From positions 20,860 through 84,859 of the forward strand of contig JAYTOU010000029.1 in the NCBI GenBank assembly GCA_043747615.1: 64,000 nucleotides of DNA. Direction: 5' to 3'. The translations under genes were made by a program, and so were the position numbers. The notes below the pieces were generated by a model that had not been told where the DNA came from, searched no databases, and saw only the letters and a list, made by a program, of their open reading frames with translations. This document shows positions 46,257-55,891 of the stretch, piece by piece. Each line of letters starts with the position of its first letter. Position 1 is the first letter of the stretch. This DNA comes from Myxococcales bacterium (lineage in GTDB: Bacteria; Myxococcota_A; Polyangia; Polyangiales; Polyangiaceae).

Positions 46257-48343
46257 ACCGTCGCAGGCGACTTTCGATTCTCGCGTTGATGGCGTGCGGC
46301 ATACTCGGGCCAAGCGCCTTCGTCGTGGGGCGTGCGCTCGCCGACGAAGACGATCAAGAAGAAGCACCGCAAGCCGGCGAAAAAATGAACGCCGAGGAAG
46401 TGTCGAAGAAACGACGCGCCGTCCTCTTGGCGATGGCGACGAACGATGCCGTCCTCATCAACGTCACCGGTCGCGACATGCCGGCAAGCCCCGACGTGTT
46501 GAACCTTGGGAGAAAGAGTGCGCGGGCCCTCGCCCGATGCGTGGCCGACAACGTCGATGACAATCTTCGTTCGGACTGCGCATCCATGCTCGGTCGTCTC
46601 GGTGACAAAGCGGGCCTCTCGGCCCTGCAAGGCGCGCTCGAAGCCTGGAGTCCCGAGGTTCGCGCGCAAGCAATCCAAGCCCTCCGCAAGATGCCCGATC
46701 GCTCGAACGTCATCCCGCTCAGGAAATTTCTCGATCGCAAAGACGAAGAGCCCGCCAACATCGCCCTCGCCATCCAGGCGCTCGGCGCGCTCAGCGACAC
46801 CGGGTCGCTTCCCGTTCTCCACTCCAAGTTTCGCTCCGGTAACGACACCGAGCCGCAGATCCGGATCGCGGCCTTCTGGGGGCTCTGGAAGAGTCGGCAC
46901 ATCATGGCCCGGGCGAGCATCGTCGCCGACGTAGCCTCGGCGCTCACCAGCGGTGAGAACGAGCTCGAGCTCGCCGGAACGTTCGCGGCAAGCGAGGTTC
47001 GGGCTCCGGAGCTCGTGGCACCGCTCATCAAGCTAATGGACGATCCGGACACGCGGCTTCGGAACCGAGCCGTCTACGCTCTCGGAAAGATCGGCGATCG
47101 AGCCGCCATCTCTGCGCTCCTTGCGCAGCTCCCGAAAGTTCGCGAGTCGCGCATGCTGAACAACATTGCGTTCGCGCTCGAGCGGCTCGATCCCGCGTCG
47201 TTCTACCGGGTCGCGCCGACGCTGATCGGTCACAAACAAGCGCAAATTCGCATGAATGCGGCGTTCGTCATCGGTGACGTGAGGCGGCCCGAGGGCCTTC
47301 CGCTTCTCAAGGGCGCGCTCGAGGACAAGAACGATGCGGTCCGGCTCAGTGCTGTAACGGCGGTCGGCAAGCTCGATGCGCCCGATGGAGCCAAGATCCT
47401 CGAGCGCTTCGTCGACGATCCGAATCCGAGCCTGCAGCGCGCGGCGATCTACGCAGTCTACGCCCTCAGCGGAATGAAGCGGACCAACCTCGTCTACGAC
47501 AAGCTTTATCTAGGCCCGCGCCCGGCGGACAAGCTCGATGCAGCGCTCGCGCTTGGAAGAGCGAATGACCCGCGCGTGGTGCCCGATCTCTTGAACTGCC
47601 TCGAGCTTCGCACGTGCACCGAGGAGAGCGTCGATGCGCCGCTGCGCGCATCCACGTTGAAGGAGGTTCCCGGTCGCGCGCTCCTCGCGTGGGCCCAGGG
47701 TCGGGTCGACGTGACCGACCTCGTCGCGTTTCTCCGCCCCGAAGGAGGCGCGCCTCTGTCGGTAAGCGCCGTCTCCGCGGAGCTCGCGCACAAGAACGTC
47801 GGTCGCACCGTCAATGCCCTCGATCTCTCGGGCGACCTCAATGACGACAAAGCGCTCCTCGTTCTCAAGCCCCTCCTCGCGCACGAAAATACGCGGGTGC
47901 GCATGCACGCTGCCGTCGCCCTCGCGCGCCACGGTGACGCCAGTGCCGACCCCGTTCTCTTCGGCGATCTCGACAACCTTCCGCATGATTTGTTGCCGTC
48001 CTTCGTGCGACTCGTGGCGCGCGTCTCGGAAATGCCGGCGCGCGCACGCCTTACTCCCGAGCTCGTGAAGCGCGAGCACGGGAGCGATCCGAACGTCGCC
48101 ATGGCCACTGCAGCAATTCGCCTGGCGTGGGATCCCGAACAAGGCATCTTCCGGATGCTCGAGGCCCTCGCTTCGCCGCTGCGTCTCGATCGCGATCTGG
48201 CGGATCGCTATCTTCGCGTTGCCCAGCAGCCCATCGTCACGGACCTTCTTCGCCGCGCGCTCGCCCGCGAGCAGCGGGATCCCGTGAAAAACCAGCTTCG
48301 CCGCATTCTCGACGTCCGGGGAGGGCAAGTGGAGAAGAGGTGA
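46253..48343 (+). CDS. exported HEAT-repeat protein
   Basis: MNRRRR signal ending ALA; repeats VRAQAIQAL, LRNRAVYALGKIGD, VRLSAVTAVGKL. Confidence 0.85.
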   Translation: MNRRRRLSILALMACGILGPSAFVVGRALADEDDQEEAPQAGEKMNAEEVSKKRRAVLLAMATNDAVLINVTGRDMPASPDVLNLGRKSARALARCVADNVDDNLRSDCASMLGRLGDKAGLSALQGALEAWSPEVRAQAIQALRKMPDRSNVIPLRKFLDRKDEEPANIALAIQALGALSDTGSLPVLHSKFRSGNDTEPQIRIAAFWGLWKSRHIMARASIVADVASALTSGENELELAGTFAASEVRAPELVAPLIKLMDDPDTRLRNRAVYALGKIGDRAAISALLAQLPKVRESRMLNNIAFALERLDPASFYRVAPTLIGHKQAQIRMNAAFVIGDVRRPEGLPLLKGALEDKNDAVRLSAVTAVGKLDAPDGAKILERFVDDPNPSLQRAAIYAVYALSGMKRTNLVYDKLYLGPRPADKLDAALALGRANDPRVVPDLLNCLELRTCTEESVDAPLRASTLKEVPGRALLAWAQGRVDVTDLVAFLRPEGGAPLSVSAVSAELAHKNVGRTVNALDLSGDLNDDKALLVLKPLLAHENTRVRMHAAVALARHGDASADPVLFGDLDNLPHDLLPSFVRLVARVSEMPARARLTPELVKREHGSDPNVAMATAAIRLAWDPEQGIFRMLEALASPLRLDRDLADRYLRVAQQPIVTDLLRRALAREQRDPVKNQLRRILDVRGGQVEKR

Positions 48344-50094
48344 TTCGCCTCGTCGCCTGGGCGTTCGGGCTCGGGTGCCTGGTCTTCGATCCCGCCGCTC
48401 ACGCCGCTGATCCTAAGCGCGTCGTGATTCTCGGGGTGGCGCTCGTCGTCGCCGCCGCGGCCTTGGCGAAGCCCGTCGCGCGTCCGCCAACGCGAACGGT
48501 TGCACAATACACGCTACTGCCGTTCGTGCTCCTGTCAGCAGTGACGGCTGCGTGGGGGACAGCGGCGGGACTGCGCGATCTCGGGACGTTCGCTGCGGCT
48601 GCTCTCGTGGCGTGGACGTTTCGTCCGGTGGCTGCGCGTGCTCTGGCGATGCGTGTCGGCTCTCTCGCGGGGGGCGGCGCGTCGCTCGTAGCGCTCGTCG
48701 CCTTCGCGGGCGGGGCGCAGGGATTCGCGCTCCACGGAGGACAAGGAAATCCGAACTGGCTTGGGCTCCTCCTCGCGGTCACCCTGCCGCTCTCGCTCGA
48801 CGCCGTCGCTTCCGACGGAGCCCGTCGCCGCTGGCCCGTCGTCCCGGTGGCTCTCGCGGCCGTGCAGCTTCCCGCGCTTTTCCTGGCGCATTCGCGCGTC
48901 GCCTGGGTCGCAGCGGCGGTGGCGCTGGCGGCGGCGGGGATCGCCGCGAAAAAATCGTTCTCGAGTCGGCGGCGGGCGCGCGGCGCAGGCGCAGTCCTCG
49001 CGGCGATCGGAGTCGGTGCGATCCTCGCATGCGCCGTGATGCTGGGTGAGCGTGCACCCGCTCGAGCGGCATCCGCATCTCACGTATCTGACGACCGGAC
49101 CCCAGAGGACGGGTCTGCGGCGCGTTCCTTCGCCGGGCGCGTCTGGATCTGGCGCATCTCCGCCCGCGCAGCGCTCGCCGCTCCTTTCCTGGGTGCGGGG
49201 CTCGGCGGATTTCCCGAGCGTTTCCTCACGATGCAGGGAGACGCGCTCAGTACCTTGCCGCCGCGCGAGGCCTCGCGTCGTTTCGTGAACGCGACCACCG
49301 CTCACGACGAGCCGCTCCAGGTGGCCGTCGAATCGGGATCGCTCGCCGCGCTACTTCTCGTGCTCGGTCTCAGCGCCCTCGTCGTCGGGCATTTTCGTGC
49401 GGGGAGGCTCGGACCAGGAGGGGCGTCGCTCGCCGTTCTGATCGCGTCACTTGGTGACAGTCCGCTTCGCCAGCCCGCGATCACTCTCCTCGTCGGACTG
49501 CTCGTTGCTGCAGAACGGCCGCGCCCGCTGTCCGCTCCGATCGCTCGATTGCGCCTCTTTTTCAGGGTAGAAAAGGTCCTCGTGGCGCTCGCCATTCTCG
49601 GCGGCGGCTCGCTCCTCGGCGCCGCCACGCGCGGGTTTCTTGGCGGCCACATCGCGACCACGGCCTCGGAAATCGTGGACCCCGGAGCCCGCGCGCGGCG
49701 GCTCGCGCATGCATTGGCGGTCGATCCGTCGTCGGGCGAAATCCGCTTCGCGCTCGGCACCAATGCGCTCGCCGCTGGCAGCGCCGAGCTTGCCCTCACG
49801 CACTTCGAAGCAGCGCGCCCGAGGACGGTCGGTACGCTGTCTGCCATCGGCGAGGCCTCACTCGCCATTGACGACGCTCACCGCGCGGCCAACGCGTGGA
49901 ACGCAGCACTCGCTCTTCATCCTGGATCCGCGCGTGCGCACCTCGGTCTCGCAGAATCTGAGCATCGCCTCGGACACGATGACCGCGCCGAAGCGAGCCT
50001 GCGGATCGCGAAGCTGCTCTTGCCCGGAGACCCGCGCGTAGCGGCAATGGAAGATCGACTGGGCGAAGCTCGAAGCGACTTCGTTACGCCTTAG
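48340..50094 (+). CDS. O-antigen ligase/Wzy_C-like membrane protein with C-terminal TPR
   Basis: GTGA overlap; GNPNWLG, SRVAW, GRVWIW..PFLGAGLGGF..AHDEPLQVAVESG; TPR tail. Confidence 0.82.
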   Translation: MIRLVAWAFGLGCLVFDPAAHAADPKRVVILGVALVVAAAALAKPVARPPTRTVAQYTLLPFVLLSAVTAAWGTAAGLRDLGTFAAAALVAWTFRPVAARALAMRVGSLAGGGASLVALVAFAGGAQGFALHGGQGNPNWLGLLLAVTLPLSLDAVASDGARRRWPVVPVALAAVQLPALFLAHSRVAWVAAAVALAAAGIAAKKSFSSRRRARGAGAVLAAIGVGAILACAVMLGERAPARAASASHVSDDRTPEDGSAARSFAGRVWIWRISARAALAAPFLGAGLGGFPERFLTMQGDALSTLPPREASRRFVNATTAHDEPLQVAVESGSLAALLLVLGLSALVVGHFRAGRLGPGGASLAVLIASLGDSPLRQPAITLLVGLLVAAERPRPLSAPIARLRLFFRVEKVLVALAILGGGSLLGAATRGFLGGHIATTASEIVDPGARARRLAHALAVDPSSGEIRFALGTNALAAGSAELALTHFEAARPRTVGTLSAIGEASLAIDDAHRAANAWNAALALHPGSARAHLGLAESEHRLGHDDRAEASLRIAKLLLPGDPRVAAMEDRLGEARSDFVTP

Positions 50095-51118
50095 CGAGGT
50101 CTTCTTTGGCGAACTCTGCGTAGGCGCGTACGTCCTCTTTCGAGCCCAAGACGAGCGGCGTTCGCTGATGAAGCGCCGTCGGGTTGATGTCGAGAATGCG
50201 ATCGACGCCGTTGGTCGCCGCGCCGCCCGCCTGCTCGAAGATGAACGCCATCGGGTTGGCCTCGTAGAGGAGACGCAGCTTACCGGAGACGTTCTTCGTG
50301 TCGGCCGGGTAGGCGAAGATGCCCCCCTTCAAGAGCGTGCGGTGTGCGTCCGCCACGAGAGATCCCACGTAGCGACTGCCGTACGGGAGGCCGCGCGCTT
50401 CGTCCTCGCTCTTGATCCACGCGTTCCACTTCTTCGTCCCCTCCGTCCAGCGGGCATGGTTCCCCTCGTTCACCGAGTAGCAGGCGCCGCGCTCGGGACA
50501 GCGAATGTTCGGGTGCGAGAGAAAAAATTCGCCGACGTTAGGATCAAGCGTGAAGACGTCGACCCCGTGTCCGGTGGTGAGCACAAACACCGTGGAGGGC
50601 CCGTAGAGGGTGTAGCCTGCGGCGACGATTTCGCGACCGGGTTGGAGCGCGTCCTCGAGGAGAGGAACGAGCTCGCCTGCCCTCCGCCGCAGCACCGCGA
50701 AAATGGTGCCGATCGAGACGTTGGTATCGATGTTGCTCGATCCATCGAGAGGATCGAAGAGCACCGCGTACTTCCCGGACCGTTCGCAGAAGCGAGCCTC
50801 GTCGAGCTCCTCGCTGGCGATGATCCCACAGTGGCCGCTCCGCTCGAGAACGTTGATCAGCACCTCGTTGGCGAACGCGTCGAGCTTCTGCACTTCCTCG
50901 CCCTGCACGTTCGTCTCGCCCGTGTAACCGAGCATGTTGGCCAAGCCTGCCGAGCGCACGCGCGAGGTGATGATCCGGATCCCCAGCGAAATGTGATTGA
51001 GGAGCGAAGTGAATTGTCCTGTCGATCCGGGCGCCGCGCGCATTCCGGTGAGGACATGTTCGCGGAGCGTCGTGCCGACGACGGAGGCAGACGGGCGGGG
51101 GGGTAGGGAGTCGAGCAT
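50084..51118 (-). CDS. fbp: class 1 fructose-1,6-bisphosphatase
   Basis: NVQGEEVQKLD, FDPLDGSSNID, RYVGSLVADAHRTL, GKLRLLYEANP. Confidence 0.96.
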   Translation of the reverse strand: MLDSLPPRPSASVVGTTLREHVLTGMRAAPGSTGQFTSLLNHISLGIRIITSRVRSAGLANMLGYTGETNVQGEEVQKLDAFANEVLINVLERSGHCGIIASEELDEARFCERSGKYAVLFDPLDGSSNIDTNVSIGTIFAVLRRRAGELVPLLEDALQPGREIVAAGYTLYGPSTVFVLTTGHGVDVFTLDPNVGEFFLSHPNIRCPERGACYSVNEGNHARWTEGTKKWNAWIKSEDEARGLPYGSRYVGSLVADAHRTLLKGGIFAYPADTKNVSGKLRLLYEANPMAFIFEQAGGAATNGVDRILDINPTALHQRTPLVLGSKEDVRAYAEFAKEDLAKA

Positions 51119-51293
51119 GGAGAACCAAACGTATAGGCGCCTCCGTAAGCCACAAGGCGGCTTGACGTAACTCAGTAATGAGTGACTACTTGGCTAAGCC
51201 AAAAAAAAGGCAGTTCCGCGTGTTGCCGGCCCGTGGAGCGAAAGCTAGGCTCGCAGCCCCCGAACCCCAAGAGCACCCTGAAGGAGCCGAGCG

Positions 51294-52232
51294 ATGCCCT
51301 CTCAAGTGAACGCGCCGTCCGATCGCGTCAAACAGATCCTCTCCTGGTACGCGTCCGACAACCCGGGCGTGAAGACGAACCTGGCTCGCCTGATGAACAC
51401 CGGCACGCTCGCCGGAACGGGAAAGCTCGTCATCCTTCCCGTCGACCAGGGCTTCGAGCACGGTCCGGCGCGGAGCTTTGCGCCCAATCCCCCGGCCTAC
51501 GATCCGGACTATCACTTCCAGCTCGCCATCGACTCGGGCTGCAACGCCTACGCCGCTCCGTTGGGATCGCTCGAGATGGGCGCCGACAAATTCGCCGGAC
51601 AGATCCCGCTGATCTTGAAGCTCAACAACTCCGACACACTCGCCAAGGTCGACCAGCCGTGCAGCGCGATTACGAGCTCGGTGGAAGACGCGCTCCGCCT
51701 CGGCTGCTCGGCGATCGGCTTCACGATCTACCCGGGCTCGGGCGATCGCAACGTCATGTACGAGCAAATCCGCGAGATGACCCTCGAGGCCAAGTCGGTT
51801 GGGCTCCCCACCGTGCTCTGGGCGTACCCGCGCGGCGCTGGTCTCTCCAAGGATGGCGAAACCGCCGCAGACGTTACGGCGTACGCCGCGCAGATCAGCG
51901 CGCAGCTCGGGGCTCACATCATCAAGATCAAGCCCCCGAAGGATCACATCGAGCAGCCCGAGGCGAAGAAGGTCTTCGAGAAGTACAACATTCCCACCAA
52001 GACCCTCGCTGATCGCGTTCGTCACTGCGTGCAGAGTGCATTCAACGGAAAACGCATCGTCATTTTCAGTGGTGGCGAAGCCAAGTCGACCGACGAGATT
52101 CTCGCCGAGGTGAAGGAGCTCGCGGCGGGCGGCGCGTTTGGCTCGATCATGGGGCGGAACGCCTTCCAGCGTCCGCGGGCTGAAGCGCTTCAGCTACTCG
52201 CCTCCGTGCAGCAGATTTTCAAGAACGCCTGA
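51294..52232 (+). CDS. fbaB: class I fructose-bisphosphate aldolase (DhnA/FbaB type)
   Basis: LVILPVDQGFEHG, AIGFTIYPGS, LWAYPRG, LGAHIIKIK (Schiff-base Lys), GSIMGRNAFQR. Confidence 0.93.
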   Translation: MPSQVNAPSDRVKQILSWYASDNPGVKTNLARLMNTGTLAGTGKLVILPVDQGFEHGPARSFAPNPPAYDPDYHFQLAIDSGCNAYAAPLGSLEMGADKFAGQIPLILKLNNSDTLAKVDQPCSAITSSVEDALRLGCSAIGFTIYPGSGDRNVMYEQIREMTLEAKSVGLPTVLWAYPRGAGLSKDGETAADVTAYAAQISAQLGAHIIKIKPPKDHIEQPEAKKVFEKYNIPTKTLADRVRHCVQSAFNGKRIVIFSGGEAKSTDEILAEVKELAAGGAFGSIMGRNAFQRPRAEALQLLASVQQIFKNA

Positions 52233-52254
52233 CGCGTTCCAAGAACGCCCGACG

Positions 52255-53226
52255 ATGCGCGCCGCACTTGCTGCTGCTCTCTTGGTGAGCGCAGCGTGCG
52301 GACACGTGCCGGGTTCCGTGAGTCTCCCCGCTCCAGCCGTGGTCAACGTCGAGCGCCCCATCGACGGGCGCGCAAAGCATCACGTGAAATTGCAATTCGC
52401 GCTCGGGGGGCGGCCCTTTCCTCTCCCCGTGGTGCATGGCACCGTAAGCGGCGAGGCCACATGGATGCTCGTCGACACCGGTGCGAACAGTCACGTCGTC
52501 GCCGGTTGGCTCGCCCGAAAGGCGCATCTCGACACACGCAACCTGGGGGACGTGGGGACAGACCACACCGGCCGCGCCATTGCTACGTCGCGGGTCGATC
52601 ACCCCAAGGTGTCCGTCGATGAATGGGGCGCGTTTCCCGATGGGCCCATCCTGGTGACCGAAGTGCCCGAAGCGGTTGCGCGACTCGGCATCGGCGCCTT
52701 CATTTCTCCGCAAGCGCTCGCCGGCGCGGACGGCGCGATCGTTCTCGATCTTAAGAGCGCGGAGATGCGCGAAGAAGACGGCGGGCACCCCAGGACGCTG
52801 CTCGGTCTGCGCGGCGCCGAAGTTTTCGGGACAGCGGCGCACACCTGCGCGGACGACGACGGCCCCATAAATGGCCTGGCGTTCGTGATCCCGGTGACCA
52901 TCGAAGGAACCCGCGCAGCTCTTCTCCTCGACACCGGCGCCCACCACTCCGACATTTTGATGTCGACCTCCGTCGGCAAGCGCTTTCTCCCGCGCAGCGT
53001 GCCGAACCGCGACCAGGTCTATGCGGCGAGCGGAAAAGTCGTCACCCGCACCATGCGCACTGCGAAGGTCACCATCGGCGAGTACGCGGTCGTCACCGAT
53101 GTCGATCTCATTCCCGGGCAGTCGGATTCGAGTTGCCCGCGCGACGGCGTGCTCGCGATGGACATCCTACGCTCCTGCGTGATCGTGCTCGAACAAGCCA
53201 AGGTCTTCGGCCGGTGCGGTGGTTGA
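52255..53226 (+). CDS. two-domain retropepsin-like aspartic protease, lipoprotein
   Basis: VSAA-C; two catalytic motifs MLVDTGA and LLLDTGA; DGVLAMDIL. Confidence 0.85.
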   Translation: MRAALAAALLVSAACGHVPGSVSLPAPAVVNVERPIDGRAKHHVKLQFALGGRPFPLPVVHGTVSGEATWMLVDTGANSHVVAGWLARKAHLDTRNLGDVGTDHTGRAIATSRVDHPKVSVDEWGAFPDGPILVTEVPEAVARLGIGAFISPQALAGADGAIVLDLKSAEMREEDGGHPRTLLGLRGAEVFGTAAHTCADDDGPINGLAFVIPVTIEGTRAALLLDTGAHHSDILMSTSVGKRFLPRSVPNRDQVYAASGKVVTRTMRTAKVTIGEYAVVTDVDLIPGQSDSSCPRDGVLAMDILRSCVIVLEQAKVFGRCGG

Positions 53227-53461
53227 GCGTTCTTCTCAGCTTCGCTGCCGCGTGCAGCGGGACGCCACCGGCGAAGAAGGTGCCGCCGGCCGAAAAGCCG
53301 CCGATCACGCGCGGGTGACCTTGAACGTGACGCTCGCCGATCGCTCGCTCATTACGGCGGTTCGCCTCGCGGTGGACACGGGCAGCGCAGACACGGATCT
53401 CTTCTCACTCACGAAGCCGGGACGGAAGCTCAGAATGGCCTGCACCGAGAGCTCTCCATGA
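53223..53461 (+). pseudogene. remnant of a second aspartic-protease lipoprotein gene
   Basis: TTG overlapping the upstream TGA gives LSVLLSFAAA-C..PPITRG-stop; another frame continues VRLAVDTGSADTDLFSLTKPGRKL, matching LLLDTGAHHSDILMSTSVGKRF of the upstream gene. Confidence 0.55.
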
Positions 53462-53481
53462 CTGCGGCTCGGGCCGCGCGC

Positions 53482-53510
53482 TTGACCGAGAGTGGGGTGT
53501 CAAATACGCT
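53482..53510 (+). promoter_or_regulatory. sigma70-like promoter of the kinase operon
   Basis: TTGACC-N17-TACGCT; contains the inverted repeat TTGAC-N12-GTCAA. Confidence 0.6.
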
Positions 53511-53525
53511 TGTTTCGATGAATCC

Positions 53526-54926
53526 ATGAGCGAGATCCCCACCGTTTCGGGATCCACGAACTTCGAGGTCGGCCAGACGATCGCGGGGCGCTATCGCCTC
53601 GATCGCATTCTCGGCGTGGGGGGAATGGGGCTCGTTTTCGCGGCAACGCACCTTGAGCTCGAGCAGACCGTCGCTGTCAAAGTCATTCGCGGCGAGCTCC
53701 GGACGCCTGAGGCCCGCAGTCGTTTTTTGCGCGAAGCGAGGGCCGTCGTGAAGCTCCGGAGCGAGCACGTCGCGCGGGTTCTCGACGCCGGCACGCTCGA
53801 TAGCGGCGAGTCGTACATGGTGATGGAATACCTCGAGGGAACGGATCTGTCCGTGCTGCTGAAGGCGCGTCGCACGCTCCCCGTGGAAGAGGCGAGCGCC
53901 TACGTGATGCAAGCGGCGGAAGGGCTCGCCGAGGCGCACGCGATGGGAATCGTGCACCGCGATCTCAAGCCGGCGAACCTTTTTCTCGCGCGGAGCCCGT
54001 CGGGACTGCCGCTCGTCAAGGTGCTCGACTTCGGAATTTCGAAGGCCAATCCTCTTGGGGAAAGCGGGGCGAGCGAAGACCTCACGCGCACGTCGGCGAT
54101 GCTCGGCTCGCCGCGCTACATGTCCCCCGAGCAAATGAAGTCGTCGCGCGACGTCGACGCGCGTAGCGACATCTGGTCGCTCGGGATCATTCTCTATCGC
54201 CTCGTCTCAGGCGCGTTGCCGTTCGAAGGCGACACGCTCGGACAGCTCCTCGCGCGCGTTCTTCAGGATCCGCTAAGACCCCTCGTCGAGCTGAGGCCCG
54301 ACATCGCGGAGGGGTTCGGGGCGATCGTCGCGCGCTGCCTTCAGAAGGATCCTCGAGACCGCTTCGCGAATCTGGCGGATCTCGCGCACGCGCTCGAGCC
54401 CTTCGCTGCCGCGCACGTCCGCGGGACGGCGGAGCGCATCGAGATGGTGTTCCGTGCGCGTGGTCTAGAGGTAGCGCCGCGGGGCCTGGCTTCGACTGCG
54501 GGGCCTGTCGCTACGCATACGACTGCGCCAACCGGAGCCACATGGGAAGGGAACGGATCCCCTCCGAAACCGCGGTCGTTTTTTTCGCCGGCGCTGATCG
54601 GTGTCGTCGCGCTATCTCTCGCGGTGATTGTCGCGTGCACCGCGTGGCTGGCGACGAGCCGCACCAAAAACGTTGCGGCGGTAGTGACTCCCTCCGCGCA
54701 GGCGACGACGATCCCAGCGCCGATCACGCCCCCGCCCACTGCAACAAGCGCGCGCCCGGCCGAGCTCCCGATTGCCGCGAGCGTGTCGCCGCGAGCCGAG
54801 ATCGCGCCTCCACTCGCTGCGCCAACGAGAACGCGCGTCGACGCAGGCGCAAGACACGCGAAACCACCGGGAGCATCGCCCCCTCCGGTCTCCACAGCCG
54901 CGCCAGTGATCATGGACACCCTTTGA
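53526..54926 (+). CDS. Hanks-type Ser/Thr protein kinase, single TM
   Basis: GVGGMG, VAVK, HRDLKPAN, DFG, YMSPE, DIWSLG; TM followed by a Pro/Ala-rich tail. Confidence 0.95.
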   Translation: MSEIPTVSGSTNFEVGQTIAGRYRLDRILGVGGMGLVFAATHLELEQTVAVKVIRGELRTPEARSRFLREARAVVKLRSEHVARVLDAGTLDSGESYMVMEYLEGTDLSVLLKARRTLPVEEASAYVMQAAEGLAEAHAMGIVHRDLKPANLFLARSPSGLPLVKVLDFGISKANPLGESGASEDLTRTSAMLGSPRYMSPEQMKSSRDVDARSDIWSLGIILYRLVSGALPFEGDTLGQLLARVLQDPLRPLVELRPDIAEGFGAIVARCLQKDPRDRFANLADLAHALEPFAAAHVRGTAERIEMVFRARGLEVAPRGLASTAGPVATHTTAPTGATWEGNGSPPKPRSFFSPALIGVVALSLAVIVACTAWLATSRTKNVAAVVTPSAQATTIPAPITPPPTATSARPAELPIAASVSPRAEIAPPLAAPTRTRVDAGARHAKPPGASPPPVSTAAPVIMDTL

Positions 54927-55891
54927 AAAACGCTATTCTCGCGCTCCTCGTCGCGTCGGCGACAGTCACCGCCGCTCGTCCGGCCGCGGCCCAGGCGTCG
55001 AGCGCCTCCGCGCAGTTCGAGGAGGCCAGGGCGCTGATCAAGGAGGAGAAATACGCGGCCGCGATCCCGAAGCTCCTCGAGCTTCTCGCGCACGAAAAGT
55101 CGATCGGTGCGCTGTTCAATCTCGGTGTTTGCTACGAGAAAACGGGATCCGTCGCGAGCGCCTGGAAACGCTTCACCGCGGCGGAGAAACTGGCGCACGA
55201 AAAAGGAGACGCGCGCGAGTCCGTCGCGCATGAGCACGCCGCTGTGCTTGCTCCACGCCTGTCGAAGATCACCATCACCGTTCCGCAGGCGGAGGCCGTC
55301 GCGGGGCTTGAAGTGAAGCTCGACGGCGTCGTGTTGCGGCGAGACGAGTGGCAAGTGCCGCTGCCGATCGATCCGGGCCGTCACACCATTGAAGCCAAAG
55401 CACCCGGCAAACAGACGTGGTCGACGGAGCGAAGTGCGGGGTCTTCGGGCGGCGAATCGACGTCGCTGGCGATCGGTCCTCTCGTGGCCGCAGACGAGAC
55501 GCCCCCGCCACGAGCTGCGTCCACACCAATCGCGCCTGCTCCCGCCCCGCGCCAAGGCGGCCTCGGCGGCCAGCGAATCGGGGCCCTCGCAGCGGCGGGC
55601 GTCGGCGTCGTCGCGCTTGGCGTCGGGACGGTGGTCGCGATCGGCGCGACCTCGAAGAACAGCGACTCTAAGGCCCACTGTCTTTCGAGTGATCCCAATA
55701 TGTGCGATCCGACGGGGCTGAGCCTCCGCGCTGACGCACGCTCGGCCGGAAACCTTGGCACGGCCATGTTCGTCGTCGGAGGGGTTGCGCTCGCCGCGGG
55801 CGCGACTCTTTGGCTTACTGCGCCTGCCCGCAAGACAACGACCGAAGTAGGCGTGGGGCCCTGCGGTTTCGCCGTGCGGGGCACGTGGTGA
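54923..55891 (+). CDS. TPR plus PEGA-like exported/membrane protein
   Basis: TTGA overlap; signal; FEEARAL..GALFNLGVCYEKTG; IDPGRHTIEAKAPG; hydrophobic C-terminal segments; ends GFAVRGTW. Confidence 0.8.
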   Translation: MKNAILALLVASATVTAARPAAAQASSASAQFEEARALIKEEKYAAAIPKLLELLAHEKSIGALFNLGVCYEKTGSVASAWKRFTAAEKLAHEKGDARESVAHEHAAVLAPRLSKITITVPQAEAVAGLEVKLDGVVLRRDEWQVPLPIDPGRHTIEAKAPGKQTWSTERSAGSSGGESTSLAIGPLVAADETPPPRAASTPIAPAPAPRQGGLGGQRIGALAAAGVGVVALGVGTVVAIGATSKNSDSKAHCLSSDPNMCDPTGLSLRADARSAGNLGTAMFVVGGVALAAGATLWLTAPARKTTTEVGVGPCGFAVRGTW

